NCBI GenBank assembly: GCA_964016885.1
Contig: OZ024746.1
Coordinates: 96,038,001-96,102,000 of the forward strand
Direction of reading: 5' to 3'
DNA from: Eledone cirrhosa
Taxonomy: Eukaryota
Length of the DNA: 64,000 nt
Position numbers and translations under genes: made by a program. The notes under the pieces were generated by a model that saw only the letters and a program-made list of their open reading frames with translations, was not told the origin of the DNA and did no database searches. This document shows positions 27,390 to 40,984 of the stretch, in pieces; the stretch's first letter is position 1; the number at the start of each line of letters is the position of its first letter.

Positions 27390-27697
27390 AAGGGTTGGAT
27401 TTAGATATTGGGGGACCCGGGACTTCTTGTTTGGGTGGCCTCTCATACACAAACAATTAGAATACATAGCCCCCCCCCCTCCTCCTCAATTTTACATATC
27501 AAAGTTAGCTTAGCGCAAGTAATTGGAGTTGAAAAGTTATATATACAGGTATTAAATAAAAAAAATTCTAACCATCCTAAAACTAAAAAGCCCATCTGAG
27601 GGCACAAACAAATTACTACAGTCGTCACTGGTGGGGGGCCCTTTCACTGCAGGGGGCCCGGGGCAATTGCCCCTCCCCCCATTAAATCAGGCCCTTG
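27390..27697 (-). mobile_element. hAT-like MITE with GC-rich subterminal ends
   Basis: agggttggattta/taaatcaggccct TIRs. Sister copies at 39362-39872 and 60082-60383. Confidence 0.7.
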
Positions 27698-27795
27698 GTA
27701 TTACTAGACAAAGCCAAAGGAATAGCAAACTGTGTATGCCCCACACACACACACAGCTTTTGGTGGAATTTTCACTCTATTCAGAGTTGTTGAAG

Positions 27796-28040
27796 CATGG
27801 AACAAACCCCCTACATCAGTTGTGAGCTGTTGAGTCACTGCACCCTTCAAAACTTCCATGGAAGAAACTCCCTGCATCAGTTGTGAGCTGTTGGGTCACT
27901 GCACCCTTCAAAACTTCCATGGAACAAACTCCCTGCATCAGTTGTGAGCTGTTGAGTCACTGCACCCTTCAAAACTTCCATGGAACAAACTCCCTGCATC
28001 AGTTGTGAGCTGTTGGGTCACTGCACCCTTCAAAACTTCC
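27796..28040 (+). repeat. 61-bp tandem repeat x4 derived from a CR1/L2 ORF2 C-terminus
   Basis: Units start at 27796, 27857, 27918 and 27979. Translates RVVEAWNK(L)PASVV..FK. Related single copy near 44380-44415 (minus). Confidence 0.85.
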
Positions 28041-28058
28041 AATACAGAGTACCCGACC

Positions 28059-29025
28059 ATGGGAGGTCGGGTACTCTGTATTACTGCGTGATGCCAGAGG
28101 TCACGGTCGTGTGTCATCGCCTTTGAGAGGTGTAATTGGGTAAGGTCGGCCTTTATCACCTCATCCCAGGTCTTCTTGGGTCTCCCCACTCCGCGGTTTC
28201 CATTGACTTCTAGTTCTCTGCACCTTTTTATGCAGCTGTCATCCTTCATACGCATCACATGTCCATACCAACGCAACCGCCTCTCCTGCACACAGCATTT
28301 GATTCCTCTTATGCTCAGTCTCTCTCTCAATTCGTTTATGCTTTGTCGTTCGCGTATATTACTATTATACATCCATCGGAGCATGCAGGCTTCGTTTCTT
28401 TCTAATCTACGTAAGTTTTCCACCTTCAGCGCCCAGGTCTCACTACCATATAACATTGCTGTTCGGATACATGCATCATACAGTCTGCCTTTCATTTTGA
28501 AGGAGAAGCCTTTTGCAGCTAGCAGTGGCAGTAGTTCCCTGAACTTCTTCCATCCCGTTCTTACCCTAGTTATTGTACTTTCTGAACACCCACCTCCGCT
28601 GCTAATTCGGTCACCTAGGTAGCAGAAGCTGTCTATTGTTTCTACAGAGCCCTCCCAGAGATTGGTGGTACTTGTTTCCTGTGGCTGTTTGCTGCTTTCT
28701 GTCCCAGCACAGCTGCTGCATGTGAAGCCTACATTCTTAATTAAGCTTCCTGAGATCCTGCTACATCTCTTGTGTACCCATTGTTTGCATTTGGGGCAGA
28801 GAATGGAGTTCCTACCTACACCTTTCCTACATACTGAGCAAGGCCATTTCCCTGAGGGGATCTGGGTTCTGTTTTCTCGTCTACTTACAATGACCTTAGT
28901 CTTTGTCAGGTTGACTTTGAGACCCTTTCTTTCTAGTCCCTGCTTCCAAGTTTGGAATTTCTTCTCTAGTTCTACCATAGATTCAGTTATAAGTGCGAGG
29001 TCATCAGCATACAGGAGTTTCCATG
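28059..29025 (-). mobile_element. Young RTE LINE fragment (RT motif 5 to ORF end), open frame
   Basis: LLYADDLAL..KTKV..PHD-like finger..FCYLG..YGSETW..RWYGHV..GRPKKTW. Nearly identical to 47382-48345. Confidence 0.95.
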
Positions 29026-29399
29026 TTCCTATTGTTATTTACTTCTAAGGCAAAATAATAACCAGACTGCTTGTCTGACTAACAACACATACATACTAAA
29101 CCACCTCTTTGATCGAGTGGTTAACTCTTGATGTCCTGTACCACATGAAACCGCATTAGCAAGAGATTCATGAACAGTATAAAAGTGCTTTATGTTAAAA
29201 ATTAAAGTCTTTACTTTAATCCGCAGCAAAATTTCTTCAATAATCTGCTTACTTTTATAGGTACTATAAACAGCATAGAAGAAATATATTAGTTTAACAC
29301 TTGAATAGCAGGAAGAGAGTCTTAATGTTTCAGGAACTAGTCCTTTATATATATATATATATATATATATAAACAAGACTCACTTTTTAACATTAATAA

Positions 29400-29578
29400 A
29401 AATTGTTTCTATTTTTGGCACAAGGCCAGCAATTATCCCAGTGCATTACTGGTACTTTATTTTATCGACCCTGTAAGGATGAAAGGCAAAGTTAACTTCA
29501 GCGGGATTTGAACTCAGACGGTAAAGGGCCGTAACTATATGCTGCAAAGCATGGCATCCAACCCTCTACCGATACTGA
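29400..29578 (-). mobile_element. SINE-A
   Basis: Reverse complement of the 7675 family. Confidence 0.85.
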
Positions 29579-29623
29579 ATATCAAAACTCTACATCGGTA
29601 TTGAGTACTTCTTTCACTCAGCC

Positions 29624-29659
<36 letters not shown>

Positions 29660-29663
29660 ATAT

Positions 29664-29895
29664 AGAATAGAAAAAGATTAATGATAAAAAAGAAAAAAGT
29701 TGTAAATTTGGTAGAGGGGAAACTATGTAGAAGCCTTTGTGTGTTTCTATCTATCTATCTATCTAAGATAGATAGATAGATAGAAAGAAAGGTACTATAA
29801 ACACACAAAGGCTTCTACATAGTTTCCCTCTACCAAATTTACAACTTTTTTTTTAGCTTTTTTATCATAGTTTTACATTAATCTTTTTCTATTCT
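29664..29895. repeat. Inverted repeat (arms 29664-29746 and 29799-29895) with inner (CTAT)n/(ATAG)n hairpin
   Basis: Arm complementarity read directly. Confidence 0.9.
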
Positions 29896-30291
29896 TTTAT
29901 TTGTTTCAGTTATTAGATTGTAGCCATGCTGGAGCGCTGTCTTGGGGGGCTATAGTTGATTAATGAGGGGTTATCAGAGGTGTGGTTGTTGTTAGTTGAA
30001 AATAGTTTTATCAGCTAAATGTTATATTATGAATTATTTTCCACCAGCTACTCATATCTATTATCATTATTGTGGGAATAAAAGTTAAAATTTCATTGCC
30101 TCACCCTACCCCCCCCCCCTTCCTTACACACACAACACGCACATTTAACATCTGTATATATTTGTAAGATCACACATAAGAGACAGAGAAGGAAATATAT
30201 ATATATATATATATACACAAACAAAACACAGGAGGCAAGTCTTACAGTTATATTAGGTTCACATTTGGTGGAAGTGGAGTATATGTGTGTG

Positions 30292-30348
<57 letters not shown>

Positions 30349-30432
30349 ATGGTGGTTAGGGCGGAACAGGAGGAGAAAGGAAGAAAGGGGTTTCCATCGT
30401 CAGCTGTAAATGTATCCCGAACCGATGTTTCA

Positions 30433-30972
30433 GCGCTGAATTACAGGACATCGGTGTAGTTCGGGTGCACCCGAGGCCTTTTATTGGCGCTGGATTACAG
30501 GACATCGGTGTAGTTCGGGTGCACCCGAGGCCTTTTATTGGTGCTGGATTACAGGACATCGGTGTAGTTCGGGTGCACCCGAGGCCTTTTATTGGCGCTG
30601 GATTACAGGACATCGGTGTAGTTCGGGTGCACCCGAGGCCTTTTATTGGTGCTGGATTACAGGACATCGGTGTAGTTCGGGTGCACCCGAGGCCTTTTAT
30701 TGGCGCTGGATTACAGGACATCGGTGTAGTTCGGGTGCACCCGAGGCCTTTTATTGGCGCTGGATTACAGGACATCGGTGTAGTTCGGGTGCACCCGAGG
30801 CCTTTTATTGGCGCTGGATTACAGGACATCGGTGTAGTTCGGGTGCACCCGAGGCCTTTTATTGGCGCTGGATTACAGGACATCGGTGTAGTTCGGGTGC
30901 ACCCGAGGCCTTTTATTGGCGCTGGATTACAGGACATTGGTGTAGTTCGGGTGCACCCGAGGCCTTTTATTA
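30433..30972. repeat. GC-rich 54-bp tandem array, 10 near-identical units, each with a 14-bp palindrome
   Basis: cacccgagg recurs every 54 bp from 30468 to 30954. TCGGGTGCACCCGA is self-complementary. Confidence 0.97.
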
Positions 30973-31132
30973 ATCAAAAGGACGGGGGGGGGAGGAAAGA
31001 GAAGGAAAGGAGGAAGAACGGGGGGGGGAGAGATGAGGAGAGAGGAAGAAAGGGGTAAGGGGGAAAAAATAGGAAAGGAATAGGAGAAAAAAAAGTGTAC
31101 AGGTCCCATCGTAGGAAGACACAGGTGAAAGA

Positions 31133-32127
31133 AATATATATATCTATATGAATGTGTATATATATATATATGAATGTGTATATATATATATATGAATGTG
31201 TATATATATATATATGAATGTGTATATATATGTATATGAATGTGTATATATATATATATATATGAATGTGTGTATATATATGTATATGAATGTGTATATA
31301 TATATATATGAATGTGTGTATATATATGTATATGAATGTGTATATATATCTATATGAATGTGTGTATATATATGTATATGAATGTGTATATATATATATA
31401 TGAATGTGTATATATATGTATATGAATGTGTGTATATATATGTATATGAATGTGTGTATATATATGTATATGAATGTGTATATATATATGTATATGAATG
31501 TGTATATATATATGTATATGAATGTGTATATATATGTATATGAATGTGTATATATATGTATATGAATGTGTGTATATATATGTATATGAATGTGTGTATA
31601 TATATGTGTATGAATGTGTATATATATGTATATGAATGTGTGTATATATATATATATATCTATATGAATGTGTGTATATATATATATATATCTGAATGTG
31701 TGTATATATATATGTATATATGAATGTGTGTATATATATATGTATATATGAATGTGTGTATATATATATATATGAATATGTATATGAATGTGTATATATA
31801 TATATATCTATATGAATGTGTATATATATATATATATGAATGTGTATATATATATATATATGAATGTGTATATATATATATATGAATGTGTATATATATA
31901 TATATATGAATGTGTATATATATATATATATGAATGTGTATATATATATATATATGAATGTGTATATATATATATATATGAATGTGTATATATATATATG
32001 AATGTGTATATATATGTATATGAATGTGTATATATATATATGAATGTGTATATATATGTATATGAATGTGTGTATATATATATGAATGTGTATATATATG
32101 TATATGAATGTGTATATATATATATAG
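31133..32127. repeat. (TA)n-TGAATGTG compound satellite
   Basis: Direct reading. Confidence 0.95.
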
Positions 32128-32295
32128 TATTAAGGGTACTATTTATGGTTATGTATGCAATAAAACCTTTGATGGTAATATATTATATATACACAAACCC
32201 TAAATAGTGAGAGATAGTCTTTAATTACTATCCTATTACCAGTAAGTTAAATAGCTCAATGTAATAACATCAGTTGTTTTACAGAGCAGTTATAT

Positions 32296-32967
32296 AGAGA
32301 TTACAGTAATCAAAGTTCAGTTTAAGTCATTTATTTGCTTACAATTGTTTCCTCCAAACCGAGGTTTGGATTCTTCGGAGCAACTATTTATAACATACTT
32401 GACCTCCTTTTCAACCCAAGAGACACATAAAACATATGCGCATATTGATCAACAGTGGGGTGACATTCATCAAATGAAACAGCATGGCAATTTACATATA
32501 AAGTGTTACATGATAAAAATAAAATAAAATAAAAGCAAGAGTGAAAATAAAGATAAACATGAAGCGTTCTCCCGTGTAGCATGCACGCTTGTCTTATCTA
32601 TGTATAGATAAGACAAGCATGCATGCTACACGGGAGATTGCTTCATGCACTGACTACTCTAAGCTTTCCTCTTGCTTTATCTTCATAGACTGCCAACGCT
32701 TCATGTTTATCTTTATTTTCACTCTTGCTTTTATTTTATTTTATTTTTATCATGTAACACTTTATATGTAAATTGCCATGCTGTTTCATTTGATGAATGT
32801 CACCCCACTGTTGATCAATATGCGCATATGTTTTATGTGTCTCTTGGGTTGAAAAGGAGGTCAAGTATGTTATAAATAGTTGCTCCGAAGAATCCAAACC
32901 TCGGTTTGGAGGAAACAATTGTAAGCAAATAAATGACTTAAACTGAACTTTGATTACTGTAATCTCT
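32296..32967. repeat. Long palindrome: 273-bp arms, 33-bp inner hairpin, 58-nt one-sided bulge
   Basis: Arms 32296-32568 and 32695-32967. ORFs 32345..32527(+) and 32736..32918(-) translate identically. Confidence 0.97.
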
Positions 32968-34266
<1,299 letters not shown>

Positions 34267-34270
34267 TTTG

Positions 34271-34387
34271 TTTCTGAGTTCAAATCCCGTCGAGGTTAAC
34301 TTTGCCTTTCGTCCTTACGGGGTCGATAAAATAAAGTACCAGTAATGTACTCGGTAATTGCTGGCCTTGTGCCAAATGTAGAAACAA
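34271..34387 (+). mobile_element. 5'-truncated SINE-A
   Basis: B box and central domain. Confidence 0.85.
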
Positions 34388-34400
34388 TTATTATACACAC

Positions 34401-34460
<60 letters not shown>

Positions 34461-34984
34461 ATATGGAAAGAGGATAACAGAGAGGGGAGACAGACAGAGG
34501 GAGAAAGTAAAAAAGAGAGAGAGAAACAGACAGATGGATAGATAGATAAAGAGAGGGTGGGTAGAAAGAAGAGGGTTGTGTGTTTATATATATATACACA
34601 CACACAGGTGTATAAAAAAGATTGTAAAGATTACTAGCTGTTGGAGGTTATTACCTAACAAAAACTATGTGTCTAGTATATTAGTCATAGCTCTCTTACT
34701 ATCCTCTTTCATTGTGTATAGCAGCAGTCTCTAATGTTTGTTTTCAAACATTTCTGATGAAGCCTCTCTTTGTCAGATGTGTGGAGCAGGATACAGAGAC
34801 CATTACATACAAACAAATGATTGTTTATATGATTCTTAACACAATTTCCAATTTAAGTTACTTCATTATATGTTATCAGACTTTCAAGTGTGATGCTTGA
34901 AATTATTTAGAATATTTTGAATGGCAGCTGGATATATATATTTTTTTATTTTTTTATTTTTTATTATTATTTTTTTTTCAATTT

Positions 34985-35085
34985 TATATCATTATCATTA
35001 TAATCATCAGCATCATTATCATAACCATCATCAAATTCATCATCATCAAATTCATCATCATCATTATCAACATCATCATTATCAA

Positions 35086-35123
<38 letters not shown>

Positions 35124-35257
35124 CCATTATCATTATCATCATTAAAAACATCACCATCACCACCATCATCATCATCATCATTAATACCACTATTACCACC
35201 ACCATCATAAGCAACATTATCATCATCACCACCAACATCACCACCATCATCAACAAC
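34985..35257. repeat. Degenerate (CAT)n microsatellite
   Basis: Direct reading. Confidence 0.9.
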
Positions 35258-35797
35258 AACATCCTGTACCACATGAAACTCCATTATCAACATATTCTTG
35301 CTAAGTAGGAAACAATACTATGACTGCATTATGTTAAAAATTAAAACTTTTACTTTAGTTTACTGCAAATCTTTACAACGATCAGTTCACTATAAATATT
35401 TGAATTAACAAACCCATTTTTAGATATTTTCATTTCAACCCTTTAACATTTACATTACTCTATATTTACTATTATATTTTCACAGTAAATTCTTTCTTTC
35501 ACATAATGTCAAATCTATGAGATTTTGATTATTTATGTTGAGATATTATTTATGTTCAAATCCCGCCGAGGTTAACTTTGCCTTTCATCCTTCCAGGGTC
35601 GATAAAGTAAAGCACTGTGGTATTTGCTGGCCTTGTGCCAAAAGTAGAAACAATTATTTATGTTGAAAACAATACCTTAACATCAGTATGAGCAGCCAGT
35701 TATTGCCAGTTTAAACAGAAAGAGGTGAGAGAATTCTGGCTGGATACGGCCGGTTTAAATGCTAAAGGGTTAATCATTACAGGATGTTTATAGTTTA
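35258..35797 (+). mobile_element. Three-level nest: MITE2 containing MITE1 (35435-35773) containing SINE-A (35553-35652)
   Basis: Each host resumes after its insert. Confidence 0.75.
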
Positions 35798-35871
35798 TCC
35801 TTTCCTTACCATATTTCTAATGAAATACACTGCCTATTATTTTCAAATAATTTTGAACATAATAAACTATT

Positions 35872-36665
35872 TCCTCGGGACCTACTGTGGAAGATTGTGC
35901 AGAAGTATGGGGTCAATGGTCAGCATCTTGTTGCCCTGATGTCTCTATACGAATGCCCGAATATTTCAGTATGGGAGCTGGACTCTGCCGAGGCTGCGTA
36001 CTGTAATCTCTCCTGTACATTATTTACATGAACAGGATTGACATGCACAGTTGGCTTGGAAGCAGTATCATGACTGGCAGGTGTAAAATCAGTTGGCTGC
36101 AATCTGCAGACAGCATGGTGTTACCTAACTTGACAGAAGGTGATCTCCGACTTGCACTTGATAGGTTTGATGCCGAGTGCTGCATGGCTGGAAGGAAAAA
36201 CAGTGCTGCCAAAACTGAGATGCTCTTTCTCTCAGGGAAGCCTGTGCAGTGCACTCTACATGTAAATGGAGGTCCACTGAAGCAGGTAGAGAAGTTCAAG
36301 TATCTCGGGACTGTGTTCAGGAGTGATGGAAGGCAGCAAGAATTGCAGGAGCTGGTACAGTAATGCATCAGCTTCAACATTCAGTAATCAGAAGGGAGGG
36401 AGGTAGGTAGGTATAAAAGCCAAACTCACAAACTTTCGTATTTGTGTCAACTCTTACTTATGGTCGTGAATCTTGGGTAATGATTGAAAGAATATGATTG
36501 CAAATACAAGTGGCCAAAATGGGGTTCCTCTGAAGGGTCTTTGAAGTAATGTTACTCGATAGAGTAAGTAGTTCTGAGATTAGAGTCACTCCAGGTAGAG
36601 CCAATTCTTCTCTGAATTGAGAGATCACAGCTATGGGCACGTAGTTAAAATGTCTCAGAAAGAAT
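35872..36665 (+). mobile_element. Decayed RTE LINE (RT region)
   Basis: SADSMVL (decayed YADD), LKQVEKFKYLG, YGRESW. Confidence 0.8.
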
Positions 36666-36671
36666 TAGTCT

Positions 36672-36885
36672 TGGGTGAGCATAAAGTCTTTCCCTGATTA
36701 TATAATACCATATCTTGGATACTTTTTGAGATTTTACTTTTTCATTGTTTTAATTTATAAATTTAAAGTTTAAAGTTTTTCTGAACATGTTTTACATTTT
36801 CTCTTCTACAGGAAGTAGTTGTAACTTTCAGTAACAAAATGGCATCTATAAAACAATCAGGGAAATACTTTAAGCTCTCCCTGTA
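36672..36885. mobile_element. Tc1/mariner-like MITE
   Basis: Imperfect TIRs gggtgagcataaagtctttccctgatt / aatcagggaaatactttaagctctccctgTA. Confidence 0.55.
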
Positions 36886-37025
36886 TATTCTTAATATTGC
36901 TTCAGTATCTATTACTAGGAATATGGCAGGAATCTGTGACTGGTCTTTGAGCAAAAACAAACTATATTCTATCCAAATCATATATCATATTAGCCTGTAT
37001 TGCAATAAATTGCTAGTCATTAGAA

Positions 37026-37452
37026 CAGAGGTTCTCATACTTTCTGTGCCCCCCCCCCCCCCCCTCATGGCTACATAATACCCTCAGCACCCCAACCCTA
37101 TTTCCTGAGAGACTTGCCTTCACGTAAATTGTAAATAATATATAATAGATAAAATCATTAATTTATATATAATAAATAATATAATATATACTATGTATTG
37201 ATAAATATTGTATATTTTTTTTGTTTTACTATATATATATGTATCGTTTGATATTTAATATACTATTATATCATATGTATATAATAATGTAATAATATTT
37301 ACTTGCACGGACGGAATGACACTTACACTCTCTCCGTTCCTCCCAATGCCCCCTTTTTCCTTATTGCCCCCCACCACCCCCTTAGGCCCCAGCACCCCCG
37401 GACCATCTCGACGCCTCCCAGAGGGCGGTGGTGTCTACTTTGAGAACCTCTG
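37026..37452. mobile_element. hAT MITE
   Basis: TIR cagaggttctca/tgagaacctctg. Perfect 8-bp TSD CATTAGAA. Confidence 0.9.
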
Positions 37453-37599
37453 CATTAGAATGTCAAATTAAATGCCTTGCAAGTTTAAATCTCACTAAGA
37501 CCAACTTTGCCTTTCAATCTTATAGGGTCAATAAATAAAGTACCAATCTAGGGCAATGGATGGGTCGAATTGTTAGTGTTGACTGGGATACTTTGCATT

Positions 37600-38072
37600 C
37601 ATCATCATCATCGTTTTTATGTCCACATTTCCATGCTTGCATGGGTTGGACGTGTCCTTCTCAGCATGGCATCTCTCCACTTGTCGCATTCCTTCGTCAT
37701 CTCCTCAGCCTGTCTTAGCAATTTGAGGTCAGCTCTCACCACCTCTGCCCAGGTCTTTCTTGGTCAGCCTCTACTGCAGCCTCCTTCTACTGGGATTTCC
37801 TGGCATTTCATCACATGTCCATACCAACGCAGTCGTCTCTCCTGCACACCATCTCGGATTCCTCTTAAAACCAGCTTCTCCCTCAGCTCATACAAGCTCT
37901 GCCTTTCTCTCACATTTACATTACAGATCCAACAAAACATGATTGCTTCATTTCTCTCTAGTCTACACATGTCCTTGGCAGTCACAGTTCATGTTTCACT
38001 ACCATACAGTATTGTGTTTCGCACACTGACATCATACAGCCTTCCTTTTGTATATTGGGAGAAACCTTTTGT
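37600..38072 (-). mobile_element. RTE 3' fragment flanked by a ~45-bp direct duplication
   Basis: QERRLRWYGHVM. attgttagtgttgactggg occurs at both sides. Confidence 0.85.
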
Positions 38073-38317
38073 TGGCAGTGGATTGGCTGGATTGTTAGTG
38101 TTGACTGGGGTGCTTTGAAGTCATCATCATCATCACGTTTAACGTCCATTTTCCATACTTGCATGGGTTAGACAGGTTGTCCATGCCAAGAGACAAGTCT
38201 GGCCAGAATTGGCCACACTGTACCTTGCTCAGATAGGACTGCAAACTTCGCCGGAATTTTTACAGCTGGATGTCCTTCCTAACACCAACCATATTTACAG
38301 TGTCTAATATAAATAGT

Positions 38318-38590
38318 GAAGGTACGTGGCCTAGTGGTAAGGACATTGGACTAATGATCATAATGTTGTGGGTTCAATTCCTGGGCTGGATCGTGTGTTG
38401 TGTTCTTGAGAAAAACACTTCTTCACATTGCTCCAGTATACTCAGCTGAAAATGAGTACCAGCAATAGCTGGGGCTTTAACCTTGCAATGGACTGGTGTC
38501 CTGTCCAAGGGGTTAGTTTTGCACTCTCATTCGCTTCACGCCATGAAACCAGAATAAGCACCAGCCAAACAAGTCTTCTGGCTTAAGACA
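38318..38590 (+). mobile_element. tRNA-CORE SINE-B, V-like body
   Basis: TGGCCTAGTGG, GGTTCAATTCC and CORE motif. Confidence 0.75.
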
Positions 38591-38756
38591 GACTTAGAGA
38601 TATAAATAAGGTACCAATTCAGGGCAGAGATTGGTGGAATTGTTATGTTTGAGATACTTTGTAGTAGTTGATCTAGTTATGTGGACTCTTGAGTTCAAAC
38701 TCTGCCTCCTGTCACTCTGGACAAATGGTAACAGGATAGGACAGGAACACATATCC

Positions 38757-38973
38757 TTAACACTTCAGCGTTTAAACCGGCTGTATCTGGCCAGAATCCG
38801 CTCACCTCTTTCTGTTCAAACCAGCCATAACTGACCACTCATACTGATGTTAGGGTATTGTTTTCAAAATAAATAATATCAAAATCTCATAGATTTGATA
38901 TTATGTGAGATAAAGTGTTTACCGTGAAAATACAATAGTAAATATAGAGTAATGTAAATGATAAAATGTTTAA
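38757..38973 (-). mobile_element. MITE family 1
   Basis: Conserved body. Further copies at 42008-42242, 54303-54500, 57395-57582, 61955-62160 and 62808-63022. Confidence 0.8.
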
Positions 38974-39361
38974 ACACCAAAGAAAGCTCATAAGAAATTA
39001 GATAAACATAGGCAGCTATGACAACTTGAATAACAAAAAGCTATGTTTCACTTTTATTCTCTCCTTTTAAGTTCATTCTTCTATTGGTGGTGAATTAGCA
39101 GTCATTCAAGTGTTGGATTAAATGCCCCAGTATTTGTTCCATCTCACTGTTTTTAGTTCAATTTCTGTTAAAGTCAACTTTACCTTTCATTCTTTCGAGG
39201 TTAATCAATATAACACCAGTTCAATGCAGGGATTGATTCTTACCCTGTCTTGCTTTCTGAGTTTTCTTTTGTTTTTGTTTTTGTTTTCTATTTCTGGAAG
39301 TAATCAGTAGAGTTCCAACCTGGAGAAAGAAGGATTCGGCTAGATTTAAAATGTCCAAGAT

Positions 39362-39872
39362 CAGGGCCAGATTTAATGGTAGGCAAAGGGTACAATTGTT
39401 CTGGGTCCCCTACAGAAAAACAACAGGCTTCTACATAGTTACCAGACATCACTTACTATGGCTATAGTAAAAGATACTTGCCCAAGGTGCCTTACCGTGT
39501 GACTGAACCTAAAACTACATGGTTGTGAACTGAACTCTTTAACCACACAGCCATGCCAAGGGCCTGATTTAACGGGGTGGGGTGGGGGGCAAAGGTGGCA
39601 ATTGCCACAGGCCCCCTGTAGTGGGTAGGAGCACCAGCGATGGCCATAGCAATTTGTTTGTGCTTTCAGCTGAGCTTTTTAGTTTTAGGGTGGTTAGAAT
39701 TTTTTTATTTAATACCTGTATGTATAACTTTTCAATTCCAATTACTTGCACCAAGCTAACTTTGATATGTAAAATTGGGGGGAGGGATTGCTGTGTATTC
39801 TATTTTTTTGTGTATGAGGGCCCCCCCAAAAAAACCTTAATTGCCCCCCCCCCCGGTCTAAATCCAACCCTG
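39362..39872 (+). mobile_element. hAT-like MITE with duplicated left end
   Basis: cagggccagattta/taaatccaaccctg. TSD tccaagat/tccaaaat. Confidence 0.7.
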
Positions 39873-40064
39873 TCCAAAATACACAATGTGTCAGGATGTT
39901 ACCCCTGTGACTAAATTAAGAGTTAAGGACCTTTCACTTTTCTTTAAATGCCCAAGACATGCCATGTGTCAGGATGTGGCCCTACAGCTACTTCAGGGTC
40001 CTTTACTTTTCTTTTCCCTCCCTTAGGTGGATATTTCTGATTCTGAAAGGTCAAATAATTACGT

Positions 40065-40460
40065 ATATTTATCGCGGCAGTGCCATCCGATGCTGGGCCA
40101 TGAAACTATGGCACTTACACTCGCCTGCTTCAGTGCATTCAGAACATAAGCTGGCGACATCTGACTTTGAGAGAGATATATGCCAGCTTCCCATATATAT
40201 CTGTTGTTGTATGTGAAAGGAGAGTAAGATTTTCTGGCCACTGTCATCGTGCCACCTATGAGGCTGTGTCCCCCATTATTGCTTTGGAAACCACAATCAA
40301 TCACTAATAACAGGGGGTGCAAGCCCTCCTATCCTGATGTCATCTCCAGAGATTCTGGTATTGAAATACAGGGCTTGGCAACGGCAATGAACAACAGACC
40401 TACATGGAGATCAATTGTTGAGTCAATTTCAGCTGAGGCCACCAGATGATGATGATATGA
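40065..40460 (+). mobile_element. RTEX-like LINE 3' fragment with (GAT)n tail
   Basis: GHCHR..LLLWKP..AMNNRPTWRSIV. Related remnant at 54520-54690. Confidence 0.6.
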
Positions 40461-40984
40461 TGATGGCTATATTGTGAGATGGGTCTGGCTCCTTGTATTG
40501 GTGCCATCCAGTACTGGGCTCCAAATCTATGGTTCTACTGTGAGATGGGTTGAGCTCCAAAACTGTGGTTCCATAGTGAGACAGGTTCGACACAGCAAAC
40601 GGGCCTGTCCCTCCTCATAACGGAGCCATCCAGTCCTATACTGTAAATGCGGTCAGTGTCAGGAAGGGCATCCAGCTGTAAAATACCTGGCTAGACTTAC
40701 AGTCCTAGCTGGAGCACGGTGTGACATGGCCAACCCTGGCCAGACTTACCTCTTGACATAGACGACCCATCTAACTGATGCAAGCAAGGAAGAATTGACG
40801 CTAAATCGAAATGATGGTGATGATGGTGATGGTGATGGTGATGATGGTGGTGATGCTGATGGTGGTGATGCTGATGGTGGTGATGATGATGACAGTAGTG
40901 CATGAAATATTCTGTAAAGTTTCTTACTATATTTACATACATGATAACTTGGATAATTGTTTGATTATTCTTTGTTGCTACACT

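Noticed and set aside
30385-30470. Hammerhead-like pieces on the minus strand (CTGACGA-TG-GAAA; GTC..GAAAC)
   Set aside because: Stems I and II cannot be formed around a complete core. Better explained as a fold-back copy.
30487-30560. Alu/7SL-like gctggattacagg
   Set aside because: Match of about 13 nt only, with no other Alu or 7SL sequence.
30433-30972. CRISPR array or 18-aa repeat protein (ORFs 30356..30937 and 30465..31058)
   Set aside because: No unique spacers or cas genes and a eukaryotic context. The ORFs arise because 54 is divisible by 3 and the unit lacks stops in those frames.
34754-34800. CTGATGA hammerhead core (also 51507-51513 minus)
   Set aside because: No correctly placed GAAA or stems.
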